A stretch of 64,000 bases of DNA. Source: a virus. Below are positions 48,695-57,178 of the stretch, piece by piece (positions within the stretch are counted from its first letter, which is position 1; every line of letters begins with the position of its first letter). Below the pieces are notes generated by a model, which did not search any database, had not been told where the DNA came from, and saw nothing but the letters and a program-made list of their open reading frames with translations. Location of the stretch: positions 1 to 64,000 of the IMG/VR virus record IMGVR_UViG_3300025519_000044; one strand, 5' to 3'. A program made the position numbers and the translations under genes.

Positions 48695-49087
48695 CTAAAT
48701 ATTTGTTTCCCAGGCATCCACAGTTGCTTTCATAGCTTCCATGGCATGTTTTTTTGTGGGAAAATGTTCTATGCCGGATTCCCCGTCATCGACATTGTAA
48801 GACGGAACTTCATCCGCATACGGATATTCCGGTCCCCAAGCGAAGAAGTAATTTCCATTTTCGGCCTTCCCGACGGCGTAGGCCTCGCCGTTATTTGGGA
48901 AGTTGTCACGCAATTCAACGATTTCTAATACCTCCACTTTCAACTCCTCCTCTTTTTCCTCTACATATTTCCTCATCAATTGTCGGATGACTTCACTCTT
49001 GTTTTGCATCAGTGCTTCATTTACGCGGTCGAACCGATCAAGAAGGTCCTGATCAATCCTGTATTGCCTCGTACGTTTCACTTTCAT
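48695..49087 (-). CDS. RHH/CopG-like N-terminus fused to an acidic domain
   Basis: RQYRIDQDLLDRF..NKSEVIRQLMRKYV; GGGAGG RBS. Confidence 0.7.
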   Translation of the reverse strand: MKVKRTRQYRIDQDLLDRFDRVNEALMQNKSEVIRQLMRKYVEEKEEELKVEVLEIVELRDNFPNNGEAYAVGKAENGNYFFAWGPEYPYADEVPSYNVDDGESGIEHFPTKKHAMEAMKATVDAWETNI

Positions 49088-49124
49088 ACCTCCCATAACC
49101 AAAAAGATGGACACAACATGCGCA

Positions 49125-49153
49125 TTGACATGATAAAAGTTTGTGATTATAAT
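49125..49153 (+). promoter_or_regulatory. Consensus sigma-A promoter of the mini-array (copy 2)
   Basis: TTGACA-17-TATAAT. Confidence 0.9.
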
Positions 49154-49158
49154 TAGTC

Positions 49159-49254
49159 CATGAACCATAACACAGGGTGTATTTAAATAGTATCTTTTTA
49201 ATTAATTAACCTGTGCTATTTTTTATTGAACCGTAACATGAGATGTAAGGGAAG
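49159..49254 (+). CRISPR. Mini CRISPR array, type I-B-like repeats, one 36-nt spacer (copy 2)
   Basis: Repeat 49159-49188, spacer 49189-49224, 3'-degenerate repeat 49225-49254, then terminator GAGGGAGCG..CGCTCTCTTTT. Confidence 0.78.
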
Positions 49255-49283
49255 AGGGAGCGAACATAAATCCGCTCTCTTTT

Positions 49284-49793
49284 CTATTTTTCCGGTTTCC
49301 CGAATTTTTCCGTAAGCGCAGTTTCTGATATAAACGTATAGGCGCCGTTACTTTTAAAATGGCCATCCGGATAATCGGCGCCGTCTATCTCTTCCACCGA
49401 TATGCCCCAAGTTTTTGCGGCATCCTTTGCTTCCCACACCTTAATGCCAAGTGGTTTAAAAGTTTTTCGCATTTCCCGGTACATTTCGTATGCTTCCGCG
49501 CGATTCTTTCGTTTGTTATTACGTTCTGCTATTATTTCCTTTATTTTATCGGCAGCCGCCAGAAACTCATCTTCATCTACTTCCCACGTTCCAACCGTTT
49601 TATAATCTGTTTGTAGTCTAGATTCGCTGTTGTCGAAAGTGGTTGACGGTAAAACCTCCCCAAGGCTGAATATGTAATCTTCCTTAACGGCATGTTCGAC
49701 AATCGCAAATGCCTCGGCAGCTTTTGGTGTCCCCTTTACAAGCTCCGGGTAAACAGTTTCGGAATAAGACGTTTCTTTATACACAATTTTCAT
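49284..49793 (-). CDS. Hypothetical protein, possible C-terminal HTH-like domain
   Basis: 169 aa; identical to 350-859. Confidence 0.75.
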   Translation of the reverse strand: MKIVYKETSYSETVYPELVKGTPKAAEAFAIVEHAVKEDYIFSLGEVLPSTTFDNSESRLQTDYKTVGTWEVDEDEFLAAADKIKEIIAERNNKRKNRAEAYEMYREMRKTFKPLGIKVWEAKDAAKTWGISVEEIDGADYPDGHFKSNGAYTFISETALTEKFGKPEK

Positions 49794-49812
49794 TTTTGTT
49801 TCCTCCTAATTT

Positions 49813-50184
49813 TTATGCGTTTATTTTAGCGCCTTTAAATCTCCAAAACGCTTTTGTTACCGGTGTATATGCGCCACGTTCTTGTGCCACAATAACACCG
49901 TTTTGCAATTCAAGAAACCCTTGTTCTTTACGGTATCCGGATCCTGTATAGTAATTTACGTATAAGCGTTCCTTCCCGTATTTTGCCCAGTAGTTAACGG
50001 AATAGGAATCGCTCTTCATTACGGAATTGATGTAGGTTTCAACATCTTCCACCGTAATTTCTTTTGCTTCTTTTGCCTCCTTCCATGCGAGCCGGAGAGA
50101 TTCTGCAAAGTATTCCTTTACCTTTCCGCCAAATTTACGTTGCCCTGCTTTAGCAATCTCCCAAGCCCGTTTCATAACGTTCAT
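49813..50184 (-). CDS. Small hypothetical phage protein
   Basis: 123 aa; minus-strand promoter at 50216-50244 (TTGACA-17-TACAAT). Confidence 0.8.
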   Translation of the reverse strand: MNVMKRAWEIAKAGQRKFGGKVKEYFAESLRLAWKEAKEAKEITVEDVETYINSVMKSDSYSVNYWAKYGKERLYVNYYTGSGYRKEQGFLELQNGVIVAQERGAYTPVTKAFWRFKGAKINA

Positions 50185-50487
50185 TTCTCTTATCTCCTTT
50201 CCTTATCTTGATTTCATTGTATCATTTTGTATGTACATTGTCAATACGTTTTTTGAATTTTTTTATTGGTTTTTGAAAAAAGTGATCCCGCCAAAAAATC
50301 CCAAAAAATTTTTTCGAGGCCTATAGACAAAATAAGCCAATTTTCTTATAATTTTGTTAGCAGGCGTTCCAATTGTCCATGTATTTGTAAAAAATACCCC
50401 CCTATGCCTGCACAAAAATAGAGCAGGTGGTTAGCCTGCTCCTTTTTTATTCATGAAAATCCTCCCCATAATCGAGGAGGAAAATGC

Positions 50488-51090
50488 TTATTTTAAATTG
50501 ATGTTTTCTGTTTCCGTACCAAAAGCGCCCGTTTGGACTTGTACTTTTAGATCAGAAGAATTAGCGACATCTTCGGACACATCAAAAACAACTCTGCCGC
50601 CCATTTCTGATCCTGGGTTTAGATCCTGCATGAAAAAGCTGTTATCAATAGATCCATCTTCTTTTTGGTTAGCCGACATACTTGCTTCCGCATCAGCTTC
50701 ATATGTCTTAGATCCGAGCTTTAGCTTGAAAAAGCTCGAGTCAACCGTTACGGCTTCATTCCCGTTATTCTTTACATTCAAATCTATGACTAAGAATGTA
50801 CCGTTTGCCGTTTCCTGTAATGCTGATGGGCCAACCTTTTTAGTAGTTGAGGTTTTTGTAACCTTGTACTGCATGTCACCAACTTTAACAGTGTCGCCAA
50901 TTTTATATTCTTTCTTGGATGCAGCTTTTTTAGGCGAGGAAGCAGTAGTACTCTTGCTATCTTTAGAATCTTTTGCAGAATCGTCGTTCCCTCCATTTGA
51001 ACCTATTGCCCCAGCGACAATAATTACAACAATCACCCAGAACCACCATTTCTTATAAAATGGTTTTTTAGTTTTTCCTTCTTTAGCCAC
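50488..51090 (-). CDS. DUF4352-type membrane-anchored protein
   Basis: KKPFYKKWWFW TM anchor; YKIGDTV..LNPG..VVFDV. Confidence 0.82.
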   Translation of the reverse strand: MAKEGKTKKPFYKKWWFWVIVVIIVAGAIGSNGGNDDSAKDSKDSKSTTASSPKKAASKKEYKIGDTVKVGDMQYKVTKTSTTKKVGPSALQETANGTFLVIDLNVKNNGNEAVTVDSSFFKLKLGSKTYEADAEASMSANQKEDGSIDNSFFMQDLNPGSEMGGRVVFDVSEDVANSSDLKVQVQTGAFGTETENINLK

Positions 51091-51259
51091 TCTAATTCCC
51101 CCTATATGTAATAATTTTCGGTATTATTATAACATAATTCCCTTACATAAAAACACATTATTTTTTTATTTGATAAATATCCTCAAATTTTACCACCACC
51201 ATCCACAGAAAAGAAAAACTGCAAAAGTGGCTGTCCGGGATGAATGCCCAGGTGCTCAC

Positions 51260-51505
51260 TTTTGCAGAAACAAAATGATTTTGCATTTATTTTGCATTTG
51301 GTTTTTTGCATATGCCTATAAACCCTTATATATCAGTCTTTTCCTATTATAAGTTCGAATCCCTCCTGGGACGTCATTAGGTTTTAAATAGTTGAAAATA
51401 AAATCGCTGAACCCCTTGATACGACTGCATTTGCGGTCGTTTTTTTATTGTCCAGTTTGTAAAAGAATATAAGGGTTTTAAAAATTTTTTTGCACGGATT
51501 TTGCA
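51260..51505. mobile_element. attP-like site of phage B (tRNA-Arg 3' core with TTTTGCA arm repeats)
   Basis: Core GTTCGAATCCCTCCTGGGACG (51353-51373); TTTTGCA at 51260, 51279, 51290, 51304 and 51488, 51499. Confidence 0.75.
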
Positions 51506-52629
51506 CGAAAAACATCCTCCATTGTGTCGTCTACAACTCTGGATTCCGCCTGTTCCATTTCATCCAAAATATGCGAATAAGTTTGCAAAGTTGTCACAAT
51601 ATCTTTATGTCCAAGACGGCGGGAGATATATTTAATGTTAACACCCTTATATAAGAGCATAGAAGCGTGTGTATGGCGCAAACCGTGGCATGTTATCTCC
51701 TTTATTCCTATTTTTTTGCAAAGTGTTCGTAATGTTTTATTAACGGCATTATTCGTTACTGGATGCATTTTGGTGTTTACAAATACAAGATTTTTTTCAT
51801 TGCGAAGGCCTGTCAGTAAAGCTTTTTTGTTTTGCTCCGTCTTAAGATTTTGTAACATGTCCGCGGTGCCCTTGTCTATCGTTATTGTACGCTTGGATGC
51901 ATAATTTTTTGTGTTGCTAAAGCCGTGTAAATCTTTAAAATCCCAGGTCTTATTAATCGTAATGGTGCGATTTTTAAAATCCACACAATCCCACGTAAGC
52001 CCCATAATCTCGCTAAAACGGGCACCGGTAGCTATCGCAAATAAAATGATATACCGGGAAATGTACCGTGGTTGTAAATTCTTCTTAGTTTCAACAACAA
52101 GCTTTTGCACGTCATTAAAATTCAGGTACTTCAATTCCTCTGATTTCGCATCTTTTTCCCCTTTAATAATTACCTTATATGTCGGATCCTTAAATATTAT
52201 GCCGTCCTGTATCGCTTCTTGCAGGCACGCCTTTATATAGGTATGCCGTTTTTTTACCGTTTCCCGGGTGTGTCCCTTAGCAATTTCGTTTAAAAATTTT
52301 TGGTACATTACCCTGGTAATCTCTTTAAGCTTAACGCCTGCAAAATACTTTTCGACAAGCCTTACGGACCGTTCAATGTTTCTTTCATGCTCTATGTCGT
52401 ACTTTCCTTTTTTGTATACCTCAAACCACGTCCGCATGTATTCTGAAAACAATTGATCGCCGGCTGAAATGTCCATCCCTACATGCAACTTTTTTTCCAC
52501 TTCAGCAGCAGCCAGTTCGCATTCTTTTTTCGTCCGAAAACCGCCTTTCGTTTTGGTCTTATATTTGCCGGCATCTTTGTAAGACACACGATAGCGCCAA
52601 CCATTGCCTAACTTTTGTATGCTTGCCAT
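51478..52629 (-). CDS. int: Tyrosine integrase (phage B)
   Basis: TGARFSE, HGLRHTH, LGHKDIVTTLQTY. Confidence 0.96.
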   Translation of the reverse strand: MASIQKLGNGWRYRVSYKDAGKYKTKTKGGFRTKKECELAAAEVEKKLHVGMDISAGDQLFSEYMRTWFEVYKKGKYDIEHERNIERSVRLVEKYFAGVKLKEITRVMYQKFLNEIAKGHTRETVKKRHTYIKACLQEAIQDGIIFKDPTYKVIIKGEKDAKSEELKYLNFNDVQKLVVETKKNLQPRYISRYIILFAIATGARFSEIMGLTWDCVDFKNRTITINKTWDFKDLHGFSNTKNYASKRTITIDKGTADMLQNLKTEQNKKALLTGLRNEKNLVFVNTKMHPVTNNAVNKTLRTLCKKIGIKEITCHGLRHTHASMLLYKGVNIKYISRRLGHKDIVTTLQTYSHILDEMEQAESRVVDDTMEDVFRAKSVQKNF

Positions 52630-52696
52630 TTTACCACCTTCCAGATATTAAAATAGGCGGGAGCTACCCGCCTAATAAAATGCTTGGCCAAACATT

Positions 52697-53335
52697 TTAA
52701 TACTCAATTACATTTCTTTTCAGCTTGCCTATTATTCTTACATTATAGTTTTCATCCAGCACAATTGGCGGATAGTGTGGATTTTCACTTTGCAAAATTA
52801 AAGCATTTTCAGTCTTGTATACTCTTTTTAGTAATGCCTCATCATCTACAAGGACCGCGGCAATTTCTCCATTTTCTACCTCTTCCTGCCTGCGAATCAA
52901 GAGCAAATCACCATCCATTATACGGGCATTAATCATACTATCTCCTTTCGCTCTAACATAAATGTATTCACCACCATTTAACCATTCACGTGGCGTTGCG
53001 ACGTAACCTTCTATATTTTCGTAAGCAACAACTCCGTTTCCGCAAGAAATTTTTGCAACAATAGGAAGCATGGCTATTTCAGATTTTCCTTCTGCTATGT
53101 TTTCGTTCTTATCTAAAAGCAAATCAGATTTGTTAATCTTGAAATACTCACTGATTTTTTCAAGTGCTCCAGCTCTTGGCATTTTTTTAGCATTTTCCCA
53201 GTCTGATATAGTCGATTGAGCGACACCGAGCGCTTCAGCTAATTCGCTTGTAGTTTTATCGCTTTTTTCTCTATATTGTTTAAAGTTTTCCGCGAATATT
53301 TCTTTTATGTCTTTGCTAGCCAACGTTATCATCAC
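52697..53335 (-). CDS. CI/LexA-like repressor (HTH plus S24 peptidase)
   Basis: HTH_3; ISCG cleavage site, GDSM, LLKR. Confidence 0.92.
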   Translation of the reverse strand: MMITLASKDIKEIFAENFKQYREKSDKTTSELAEALGVAQSTISDWENAKKMPRAGALEKISEYFKINKSDLLLDKNENIAEGKSEIAMLPIVAKISCGNGVVAYENIEGYVATPREWLNGGEYIYVRAKGDSMINARIMDGDLLLIRRQEEVENGEIAAVLVDDEALLKRVYKTENALILQSENPHYPPIVLDENYNVRIIGKLKRNVIEY

Positions 53336-53354
53336 CTCCCTTTATCTTCAATTA

Positions 53355-53448
53355 TATATGCTTTTTGCGATAATGCAATGCATTATGCAAAAAAAATATC
53401 GCAAAAAGAAAATTTTTTGTTGCAATATCGCAAAAAGCGATATATAAT
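53355..53448. promoter_or_regulatory. Phage B switch: lytic promoter and TATCGC-N5-GCGATA operators
   Basis: TTGCAA(53420)-17-TATAAT(53443) with a perfect palindrome in the spacer; more copies upstream and in cro (~53687). Confidence 0.8.
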
Positions 53449-53470
53449 AGAGACATAGAAAGGAGGGAAA

Positions 53471-53734
53471 ATGATGGAAAGAATTCCAACGTATTTAAAA
53501 ATGACGCTTCCTGCACTGCGCGTTAGACTTGGTCTGACACAGGAAGAGGCGGCAAAAAAGCTTGGAGTTACGCGCGAAACACTTAGAAGTTGGGAAAAGG
53601 ATCCTTCTAATATTTCTTATAAGTACATGAAGAAAATTTCTGAACTGTACTGCATCCCACTCGATTATATTTTTTTTGATAATCATATCGCTTTTAGCGA
53701 TAAAGCCAAAAGTGAATTCAAGATTGCAAATTAA
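53471..53734 (+). CDS. Cro-like regulator
   Basis: LTQEEAAKKLGV..WEK HTH. Confidence 0.88.
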   Translation: MMERIPTYLKMTLPALRVRLGLTQEEAAKKLGVTRETLRSWEKDPSNISYKYMKKISELYCIPLDYIFFDNHIAFSDKAKSEFKIAN

Positions 53735-53747
53735 GGAGGGCATTTAC

Positions 53748-54533
53748 ATGGGAGAACTTGTTTTTATCCATGACAATACACCGGTTACTGACAGCTTGAC
53801 AGTTGCTGAAGTTTTTGGAAAAAGGCATGACGCTGTTTTACGCGATATTGAAAATCAAATAACCAAGCTCCAGGAAGCAGGTGAACAAGAATTTTCACTC
53901 CACAACTTTGAGGAGTCAACTTACACCAACGAACGCGGCCGGGAGTATCGAAAATACAATCTTACTGAAGATGCGTTTACATTAGTTTCCATGGCTTACA
54001 CAACGCCGGAAGCAATGAAATTTAAAGTGCGGTTTATCAAAGAATTTAAACGGATGCGTGAGCAGATTGAATTGGCGAACCAACCTTCTTACATGGTCGC
54101 TGATCCAATTGAGCGGGCGAAGCGTTGGATTGAAGAAGAACAGGAAAGGCAGAAACTGCAAACGGACAATTTAGTGCTTACCCAGCAGGTGAACGAACTG
54201 CAGCCGAAAGCGTCATATTACGATTTAATTTTGCAGAATAAGTCATTGCTATCCATAACTAAAATCGCGAAAGATTACGGCATGAGTGGGATGGCATTGA
54301 ATAAAAAGTTACATGAACTAGGCGTCCAATATAAGCAAGGCGATATTTGGCTGCTGTATGCAAAGTACCAGGACAAAGGGTACACGCAAACAACAACGCA
54401 TGTGATCGACGCTGATAAAGCACGAGTAAGCACCAAATGGACGCAGAAAGGCAGATTGTTTATTTACGCGTTGCTGAAAAATGAAGGCATTTTGCCAATC
54501 ATCGAGCGTGACCAGGAAGGTGAGGCATCGTGA
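53748..54533 (+). CDS. Rha-family regulator fused to ANT antirepressor domain
   Basis: TDSLTVAEVFGKRHDAVLRDI; IAKDYGMS..WTQKGRLF. Confidence 0.9.
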   Translation: MGELVFIHDNTPVTDSLTVAEVFGKRHDAVLRDIENQITKLQEAGEQEFSLHNFEESTYTNERGREYRKYNLTEDAFTLVSMAYTTPEAMKFKVRFIKEFKRMREQIELANQPSYMVADPIERAKRWIEEEQERQKLQTDNLVLTQQVNELQPKASYYDLILQNKSLLSITKIAKDYGMSGMALNKKLHELGVQYKQGDIWLLYAKYQDKGYTQTTTHVIDADKARVSTKWTQKGRLFIYALLKNEGILPIIERDQEGEAS

Positions 54534-54769
54534 AACCAGAAGAAAAAGTCTGGTGGTCGATGAAGGACCTTGTAGAGCGCACCGGTCGCAGTCACGTTTG
54601 GCTGAAAGAAAAAATTTTACTCCGTCCCGAATACAAAAAGATTTTGGACTTGGAAAACGGCGGCCCGGTTTATTATCCGCAGTCGCAAGGTGACAAATGG
54701 TGTTTTCTGGCTGACAGGATGGAAGATTTTCTTCATAAATATTTTGCCCAAATATTTATGGGGAGGTGA
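54530..54769 (+). CDS. DUF771-like protein (possible excisionase)
   Basis: WWSMKDL..WLKEKIL. Confidence 0.7.
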   Translation: MKPEEKVWWSMKDLVERTGRSHVWLKEKILLRPEYKKILDLENGGPVYYPQSQGDKWCFLADRMEDFLHKYFAQIFMGR

Positions 54770-54860
54770 TCAGCATGTTAATAAAAGCAGGCGCCTGGAC
54801 GCGGCTGACAGCGAAGCAGAAATCCATTTTGCTTATGGCATATGCCCTGGAGATATTGAG

Positions 54861-55028
54861 ATGAAGCAAAACCCTTGGGTGTGGACGAAAAAAGCGCAGG
54901 ACAAAAAGTCCGACCGGATTGCCGGCGATCCCGTACCAATTGGATATCTGGCCGAAGGATATAGCGAATACTATCCGCCGGCTTCATGGGTGCATAAGGG
55001 ATATATAGAAAAAATTGAAAGGAGGTGA
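54861..55028 (+). CDS. Hypothetical protein
   Basis: MKQNPWVWT.. ORF. Confidence 0.5.
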   Translation: MKQNPWVWTKKAQDKKSDRIAGDPVPIGYLAEGYSEYYPPASWVHKGYIEKIERR

Positions 55029-55034
55029 ACGCTG

Positions 55035-55247
55035 ATGACGAACGAGCAGAAATTGGAAATCGTTAAAAAGGCGCTCGAGAAAGGCGCTACAATCAGAGTT
55101 TATTTGTACGACGACAAAACCCGTCGCGACGCGGATGAAACAATCCAGAAAATCTGCGGGTGCAAGGGGAAATACGGCCGCGGTAAAGAAACGAGCTGGA
55201 TTGAAGTGAAAGAAGAAAATTTTTACGTCACATCATTTTTTGATTAG
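55035..55247 (+). CDS. Hypothetical protein
   Basis: GGAGGTG RBS. Confidence 0.6.
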   Translation: MTNEQKLEIVKKALEKGATIRVYLYDDKTRRDADETIQKICGCKGKYGRGKETSWIEVKEENFYVTSFFD

Positions 55248-55339
55248 GAAAAGCCCCTGCTGGAACAGGAGCAAATTGGAAAGTGAACTTTGATGATAGT
55301 TTACAACAAACAAATAAATTTTGAAAGGGGAACAAACGT

Positions 55340-55900
55340 ATGAACGAACTCCAGCAAGCTGAATTGCAAGAATGGGAAGAACAGCCGGCGGAAGAACGCC
55401 AGCATTTTGAAATTACGAACATGGAAAGCCTGACCTGGGCTTTTAGGAAGCTAGCAGCGTACAAGGCAAAGGAAAATGAAATTGTAAAAATTGCACAGCA
55501 GGAACGGCAACGAATTGACGACTGGGAAGCGGAACAAAAGAAATCCATCCGGGGAGATATGGAATTTTTTGAAGGTCTGATCCAGCGGTACCACGCCAAA
55601 CAGCTGGCTGAGGATCCAAAAGCAAAAACGATATCTACGCCGTTTGGAAAGTCAAAAAGTCGGACGAGCAAACCGGCGCCGGAAAAACAGGACGAAAATA
55701 AGCTGCTTGAATATGTTGTAGAAAACGGTCTGGATGAGTTTGTAAAAAAATCGGTTAAATGGGGAGATCTGAAAAAGAATTTGAAAATAGCGGAAGTTGA
55801 TGGGAAAGCGGTTGTTGTCGATACGTCAACCGGGATGTACGTTCCAGGGGTTGCAATTAAGCCGGAACAAACATCCTTTACCATCGAGGTGAGTGAATAA
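55340..55900 (+). CDS. Mu Gam-like host-nuclease inhibitor
   Basis: WAFRKL..KTISTPFG..VKWGDLKK. Confidence 0.8.
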   Translation: MNELQQAELQEWEEQPAEERQHFEITNMESLTWAFRKLAAYKAKENEIVKIAQQERQRIDDWEAEQKKSIRGDMEFFEGLIQRYHAKQLAEDPKAKTISTPFGKSKSRTSKPAPEKQDENKLLEYVVENGLDEFVKKSVKWGDLKKNLKIAEVDGKAVVVDTSTGMYVPGVAIKPEQTSFTIEVSE

Positions 55901-56457
55901 TGGCTCAACAGCAAGGTAACAGAAAAGAAGCATTAAAAGACTATGTGGAGGTAAATGTTCGAGTAGAAAAATTTTGGGAAAAATACCCGGACGGCAGGAT
56001 TGAAACAGAAATTATTAGCTGGGAAAACGGCGTTATCGTTATGAAAGCAAGCATCTATAAAAATCTGACAGACAATATTCCAAGTGCAAACGGATTTGCT
56101 TATGAAAAGGAAGGCAGCACGTTCATAAACAAAACCTCTGCTCTTGAAAATTGTGAAACATCAGCGGTTGGGCGTGCTTTAGCATTAATGGGATTTGAAA
56201 TCAAAAAAAGTATCGCCAGCAAGGAAGAAGTGGAAAATGCAAAGTTACAACAAAATGAAATGGTGACGCCGGAACAGATTGGTGAGATAAAAACAAAAGC
56301 CCTGGAATTCGCACAGGCACGTAACCAGCCGCCGGAAAAAGTTTATGAAGCACTAAAAATTACGAGCTTTGAAGAATTGACCGGCAGGCAGGCAATGGCG
56401 GCCATTAAGAAATTGGACAAGTGGATTAAAGCAGCATCGGAGAAACAAGGAGCATAA
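55900..56457 (+). CDS. Sak/Rad52-like single-strand annealing protein
   Basis: KDYVEV..R..YPDGRI..ENCETSAVGRAL. Confidence 0.7.
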   Translation: MAQQQGNRKEALKDYVEVNVRVEKFWEKYPDGRIETEIISWENGVIVMKASIYKNLTDNIPSANGFAYEKEGSTFINKTSALENCETSAVGRALALMGFEIKKSIASKEEVENAKLQQNEMVTPEQIGEIKTKALEFAQARNQPPEKVYEALKITSFEELTGRQAMAAIKKLDKWIKAASEKQGA

Positions 56458-56470
56458 AGAGGGTGAAGAC

Positions 56471-57178
56471 ATGCATAAAAGCTATTATGCAATTATTCCA
56501 GCTGATGTAAGATACGATAAAAAATTACAGCCAAATGCAAAACTTCTTTATGGAGAAATCACAGCGCTATGTAATGAAAAGGGGTATTGCTGGGCGGGAA
56601 ATGCTTACTTCTCAGATTTATATGGTGTTAGTGATAGGACCATAAGGATGTGGATAAATTCACTTGAAGAAAGTGGATATATCAAAAGAAAAATAATTAG
56701 GAATGCAAGTAAACAAGTCGAGCAAAGAATTATTACTATCGATACAGGAAAAAATCTTCCGCACCCTCCGGAAGAAAAGTTCCTACCCTTAGGAAAAAAT
56801 CTTCCGCACCCTCCGGAAGAAAAGTTCCGGAAGAATAATACATCTATTAATAATACAAATAATATACCTTATGTTGAGATAGTCACCTATCTCAACGATG
56901 CGGCCCATAAAAATTTCCGCCCAAATACAAAAGCTACACAAAGACTTATTAAAGCAAGGTGGAATGAAGGTTTTAGGTTAAAAGATTTTCAGACTGTTAT
57001 AGACAAAAAAACAGCTGAATGGCTGCATGATACGAAAATGAATCAATATCTTAGACCAGAAACATTGTTCGGAACAAAATTTGAAAGCTATCTAAATCAA
57101 GATTATGTTACTGGCGACTCAAATACTCCTACCCGCCCGAAAGAATTTGAATACGACATCAATGCTGGTGAGGATTAA
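56471..57178 (+). CDS. Replication initiator (HTH plus conserved phage C-terminal domain)
   Basis: YYAIIPADVRYD..AKLLYGEI; YLRPETLFGTKFESYLN. Confidence 0.9.
   Translation: MHKSYYAIIPADVRYDKKLQPNAKLLYGEITALCNEKGYCWAGNAYFSDLYGVSDRTIRMWINSLEESGYIKRKIIRNASKQVEQRIITIDTGKNLPHPPEEKFLPLGKNLPHPPEEKFRKNNTSINNTNNIPYVEIVTYLNDAAHKNFRPNTKATQRLIKARWNEGFRLKDFQTVIDKKTAEWLHDTKMNQYLRPETLFGTKFESYLNQDYVTGDSNTPTRPKEFEYDINAGED
56746..56828 (+). repeat. Putative phage B origin iterons (2 x 38 bp, 45-bp period)
   Basis: AGGAAAAAATCTTCCGCACCCTCCGGAAGAAAAGTTCC twice, followed by an AT-rich tract. Confidence 0.8.

Larger units (their letters stand above)
1689..50450. mobile_element. Phage A, apparently complete temperate siphovirus genome (~49 kb)
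   Basis: Integrase, immunity, replication, packaging, head, tail and lysis modules in canonical order. Confidence 0.93.
48935..50450. repeat. Copy 2 of the ~1.5 kb direct repeat
   Basis: Matches 1-1520. Confidence 0.97.

Noticed and set aside
49160-49186. Leaderless 8-aa peptide MNHNTGCI at the predicted start site
   Set aside because: It coincides with CRISPR-like repeat 1; the repeat-spacer-repeat reading explains the sequence better.
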